A stretch of DNA of 64,000 bases from the human T2T-CHM13v2.0 reference genome, Homo sapiens. Positions within the stretch are counted from its first letter, which is position 1. Each line of letters opens with the position of its first letter. The notes under the pieces are model-generated. The model searched no databases and was not told the origin of the DNA. It saw nothing but the letters and a program-made list of their open reading frames with translations. Where the stretch lies: the NCBI RefSeq assembly GCF_009914755.1, contig NC_060933.1. One strand, given 5' to 3'. A program made the translations under genes and the position numbers. This document shows positions 59,748 through 64,000 of the stretch, in pieces.

Positions 59748-60269
59748 CTATTGATAGTCATAGACTTTTATAGCTGAAAGAAACTGTAAAGATGATATAT
59801 ATATAGAATAACGTAATCTAACAAGAAATTATTTTAGAAATGATTGAATCACTATATAGATATATAGAGCTAATATTGATATTCTTTAGCTTAACTCCAC
59901 CATTTTGCCAATGAAGAAACAGGAATCCAAAGAAGACAAATGACCTATCTAAGGTCACCTAGCCTAAAAGAGATCATTTAATGTCAATGTCAGACCTAGG
60001 ACTTAAACACAGTCCAGTGCTCATTGGGTACCATATTTTCATTTATTGAATTTTACATGTGCCCTGGTGAACCAGATTGAGGAAATCCAACACAATGACA
60101 CTTATCAAATAATATAAAGGAGTGTGTTAGTTATGTTGTTTATATGGAAGGATGGGAGACATGTTCATATTTTCCCAAGTAGAAATTTAATTCAAGGGAA
60201 TAAGTGGAAATAAGATATACTGGATTCCTGAGGGAGTGTTTAGGCCTCAGGGGAATACAAGCAAAATAT

Positions 60270-60830
60270 TATAATCAGCTTTTATAAAAAGAACAATATC
60301 ACGTTCACTGGAAACCCAACTCAAGCTGGCTTAAGCAGAAAAAAAGAATTTATTGGCTTCTAGAAATCCATGCTACTAGAAAACCTACCTATGGGTATCC
60401 CAGCTTTCAGGCACCACTAGATCCAGGGAATGAACGATTCTCTTTCTCGTCTTCTCCATCCCTTGGCTCTGCTTCCCTCTGTATTGGCTTAATTCTCAGG
60501 CAGGTTATTTCCACATTTTGCTAAAGACTTGACAGCAATGACTCAGGGCTTAGATCTTGCCCTCCCAGCAACTCAAAAGAAAGAGAGCTCCTCCTTCCAA
60601 ACAGCTATGCAAAAATCCAAGGGATGACTCCTATTGGCTTATCTTGGGCTGTGTCACCAGACCCTCTGGCCAGAGGAATGGAATATTCTGATTATCCAGG
60701 CCTGGGTCACATACTGACCCTTGGAAATGAAAGTTGGGGTCCACTCTACCCAACCCAAATGGACTGAACGTGGGGAAGTATTGTTTCCCTGGAAGAATAT
60801 TAGAGATGCTATAACTAAAAGAAGGGAGAA
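60270..60830. mobile_element. Old MaLR/ERVL LTR (MLT1K/L-like)
   Basis: aacccaactcaagctggcttaagcagaaaa...tttattggct and ctgattatccaggcctgggtcacat motifs. Confidence 0.5.
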
Positions 60831-63149
60831 AGAAATCTGACAGAAGAAAGTGAAAGATGACCAACTCAAATAGGAATTGCAGGAGAGCTTGGCCTCCCTG
60901 TGATGAGAAGAGCTGGTATCTGAAAGCTCACTCAAGATCTGAGGCAGCCCTGGTGACTGTCCCTTCTTTATCATCTCGGCAGGAGACATCAGGGAATCTC
61001 CTTGGGACTCCCCTGCTTAGTGCAGCTGTCTCTTGCCTCTGCTACTCCCTAATATTTGCCTGCAGCTTTCATACCAGCTACTGCCCACACTGCCTCCATG
61101 ACTCACTTGCTGATTCCCCAAGAGGGAAAATACTATGGTCCAGTTCTTCCAATTAGTCATCTGCAATGCCATTTAGTCTTCATGCCAGGACACCTACCTT
61201 CCATCCAGTCATCTGAGGTGGTCACGTGGTACAGAAGAGGCCACCTCTGGGAACAGAAGCAACCAGAGCCACTTGTCTCAGAATCTATACAAGAGCAGTA
61301 TAAGGGCTCACAAGAAAAGCACATTCTCTCCAATTCTGGAACAGTTTAAAAAAAAAAAACATAGATGAGAAAAAGCATCAAGAGTTAGTTGACTCAAGTG
61401 CTCTACCCAGGTAAGGTTATTTCTAAGACAGATGGCTCTTTTCATTATTTCTTTTTATTTTTTATGACAGTCATCATATCACTTTTCACGTCTTCATTAA
61501 TTGTGAAGTCCTTCTCCCATTCCTCCCTCTTCCGGTGCCTCCTTCCCATGTTTCCACTTACATTGGCATGTGAAATACTTGTTCCCAAAAAATGGAAATT
61601 GATGATGAAAAGATTAGTTACTTAAGAAGACAATTGTTAGTGTTACTCTAAAAAAATAGTTTGTGTCAACATGACGTAATGTTGCACAAAGCACTGCAAC
61701 ATTATAAGGATCTAGGAACAGAAACTGTAAAACTTTTAATAGTGTCTGTGATTGTCTTTATTATCCAGATGTTGCTTAATAGACTAGATTTCTATTGTTC
61801 TTTGGGTATGTACATTCTTTCCTGGTGTGCACACTCAAGAGTGTGTGTGTGTATGCATGCATGCATGCAGGAGTGCACTGTAAGATAGAGAGTTAGGCAT
61901 TTGAATTAGATAGGCCCCAATTATTAAGTTCCTATATCAATATACCTTTCCCAGTAATTTCAACTTTAGACCTTGGGTCAGGGATCTGTTTTTTGAATTG
62001 TTAATCACTTTGGTGACCCTCATTTCTGGCTTATCTTCTATTTATCCACATATTTTCAGAAAAGCTAAAACAAAACAGTGCATTTCACTCTAATGAGGAC
62101 TCATCTGGCATCAAACATAGCTGGAGGATTCATTTCACACTTTTGTATCTCTGGAATGTATGCATTGAAATAGTTGTGCTGCTTTTTAATTTACTTTAAC
62201 ATGATGAACGAATTCCCAGTCAAACAATGGTCTACCATGATCCACCAGCTCCTTTATGTCTAGCAAAATTTTATTGGAAAATTTTATGCTGGTGTATTTA
62301 AAGCCTGTAAATATATTGCAGTTGTCCACATTGGAGGTCAACTTCTGATTCACTCTCTTTTGATTCAATATTTCTCTAATTGACAGTTGCTACGAATTAG
62401 TTTCCTGTACAAAGACATAACATTTCTAATATGCAACTTGATATCATATGCAAGTATAAACCATCTATTTTATCCACCATATTATTGCAAATAGTTTAAA
62501 GTATGTGAATCAGAACTTAACCTCCTGTTTCCCTTTGGATAGTTGCCTTGTTAGATCTGAGCTGGAAGAGCCAGTATGGCTGAGAAAATAGAGATAGCAG
62601 TGAACACCCTGGCTATAAATCTTGTATATGAGGTTGTCACTTGGTACATAATTAAAGTCCTGTCAAAGGAGTTATATACAACTAACTGAGTTGATATACA
62701 TAGAGTATTGTTTTCTAGCACATAGCAAGCACAATCTGAGTGTTTGTGATCATTATCCTCTTCATACAATCATTTAATGAGTTTTTACATTTGTAGGGAT
62801 GTTGGGAAGCTACCTATTGCACTCTCTCTAGTTTCTAAGATTTTATTTCTCCCAAGTTCTTTCTATCCACGAATTCATTAAAATACACTCCTCCAAAGCT
62901 GAATTTTGTAAGAATTTGATAGACACTTCCTCTACCTATTTTTAGAAAAGATTCTGTCGTTAGAAGTTCATGCAGCATGCAGCATTATGATCAAGGCTTG
63001 TTCTAAATGCGTGGTTAATCATTGCCTGTAACAAACTTATAAGTGTGTCTACCTTAATTCTATCTCAATTTTATAGTTTAGAAATGTTTTCCAACATTCC
63101 CAAGAAAGAGGTTGGCTCACTAATAGCCTATGGAGGTGGCTTTTATAGA

Positions 63150-63482
63150 ACAATGAAGTCCAACAGAAGCATAATGTGAGCCACTATTGAGAGTCACATT
63201 TGTAATTTTGAACTTCTTAGTATGCATATTTAAAATGTAAAAAGAAACATATGAAACTTATTTTATCGATATAGTTTATTTAACTCAACATATCTATATT
63301 ATCATTTCAATGTATTATTAATATAAAATATTAATGAGAGAGTTTATATTATTTTATTTATAGCAAGGTCTCAAAATCTGTTAGGTTTTTTTTTTACCTA
63401 AAATACATCTCAATTTGGACTTGCCAAATTTCAAATCATCACTAGCCACCTGTGACTGTTGGCTACCATATTGGACAGTGCA
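63150..63482. mobile_element. MER33-like hAT DNA transposon
   Basis: gtccaacagaa... at the start; tagccacctgtgactgttggctaccatattggacagtgca at the end. Confidence 0.7.
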
Positions 63483-64000
63483 CATCCAGAAGCCATCAGG
63501 AGACTAAAGATTCTCCATTTGCAACAGATCTTGCCACAGTGATCCTAACCCAGAGGAACTCAGGCATATTAACCAAACATTCTCATGCATCTTGGTTGAC
63601 TGGTTTGGGAGTTTTTAAATTTCCCTCTGTGTTTTAAACACTATGGTGGGAATTGGGCATAGTGAGGTCTTACCATAATAATCTCTTCTATATTTTGTCT
63701 TTCACCTTAACAAAGACACTGTTTCTATGATCTCTAAAATATATGAGAAGAAGAATATAAGATCAGTACTTTTAAAAAGAACACAACCTCTATTTTACCT
63801 CATCTCTCCTAAACCACCTACACTTTGAAATGGATGATCATTTGTCACATCCTACAATATTCTATCACACCAATGATTTCAAATAAGCCCTCTTGCCTCT
63901 CTTACTAGCTTTCCATTAACCTTAACATTTTGCTGAAGCATTTCATATGAATTTTGATTTTTCTTTTGTTTTTGCTCTTCTATTTCACCATCACTAGTTT

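Overview
Human genomic DNA: AluYb8 and AluYc1-type elements are present, and these subfamilies are human-specific or nearly so. The window is almost entirely intron of NTRK2 (TrkB), transcribed on the + strand. The only supportable coding feature is a 131-nt exon at 54771-54901 encoding the start of the tyrosine kinase domain ([43 protein letters not shown]). The rest is 16 dimeric Alus plus one monomer, an old L1MC-type element with both ends and four nested insertions, MaLR LTRs, DNA-transposon relics, MIR/L2 fragments, microsatellites and a few enhancer-like unique stretches. All other ORF-track entries look spurious. I found no new gene system. The most unusual structure is a ~187-bp locally templated insertion in an Alu tail (19137-19323), copied from 1537 bp upstream with template-switch scars. 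Two near-consensus, possibly polymorphic Alus are the next most interesting. Repeat subfamily calls come from remembered consensus motifs, and boundaries of old repeats are approximate.
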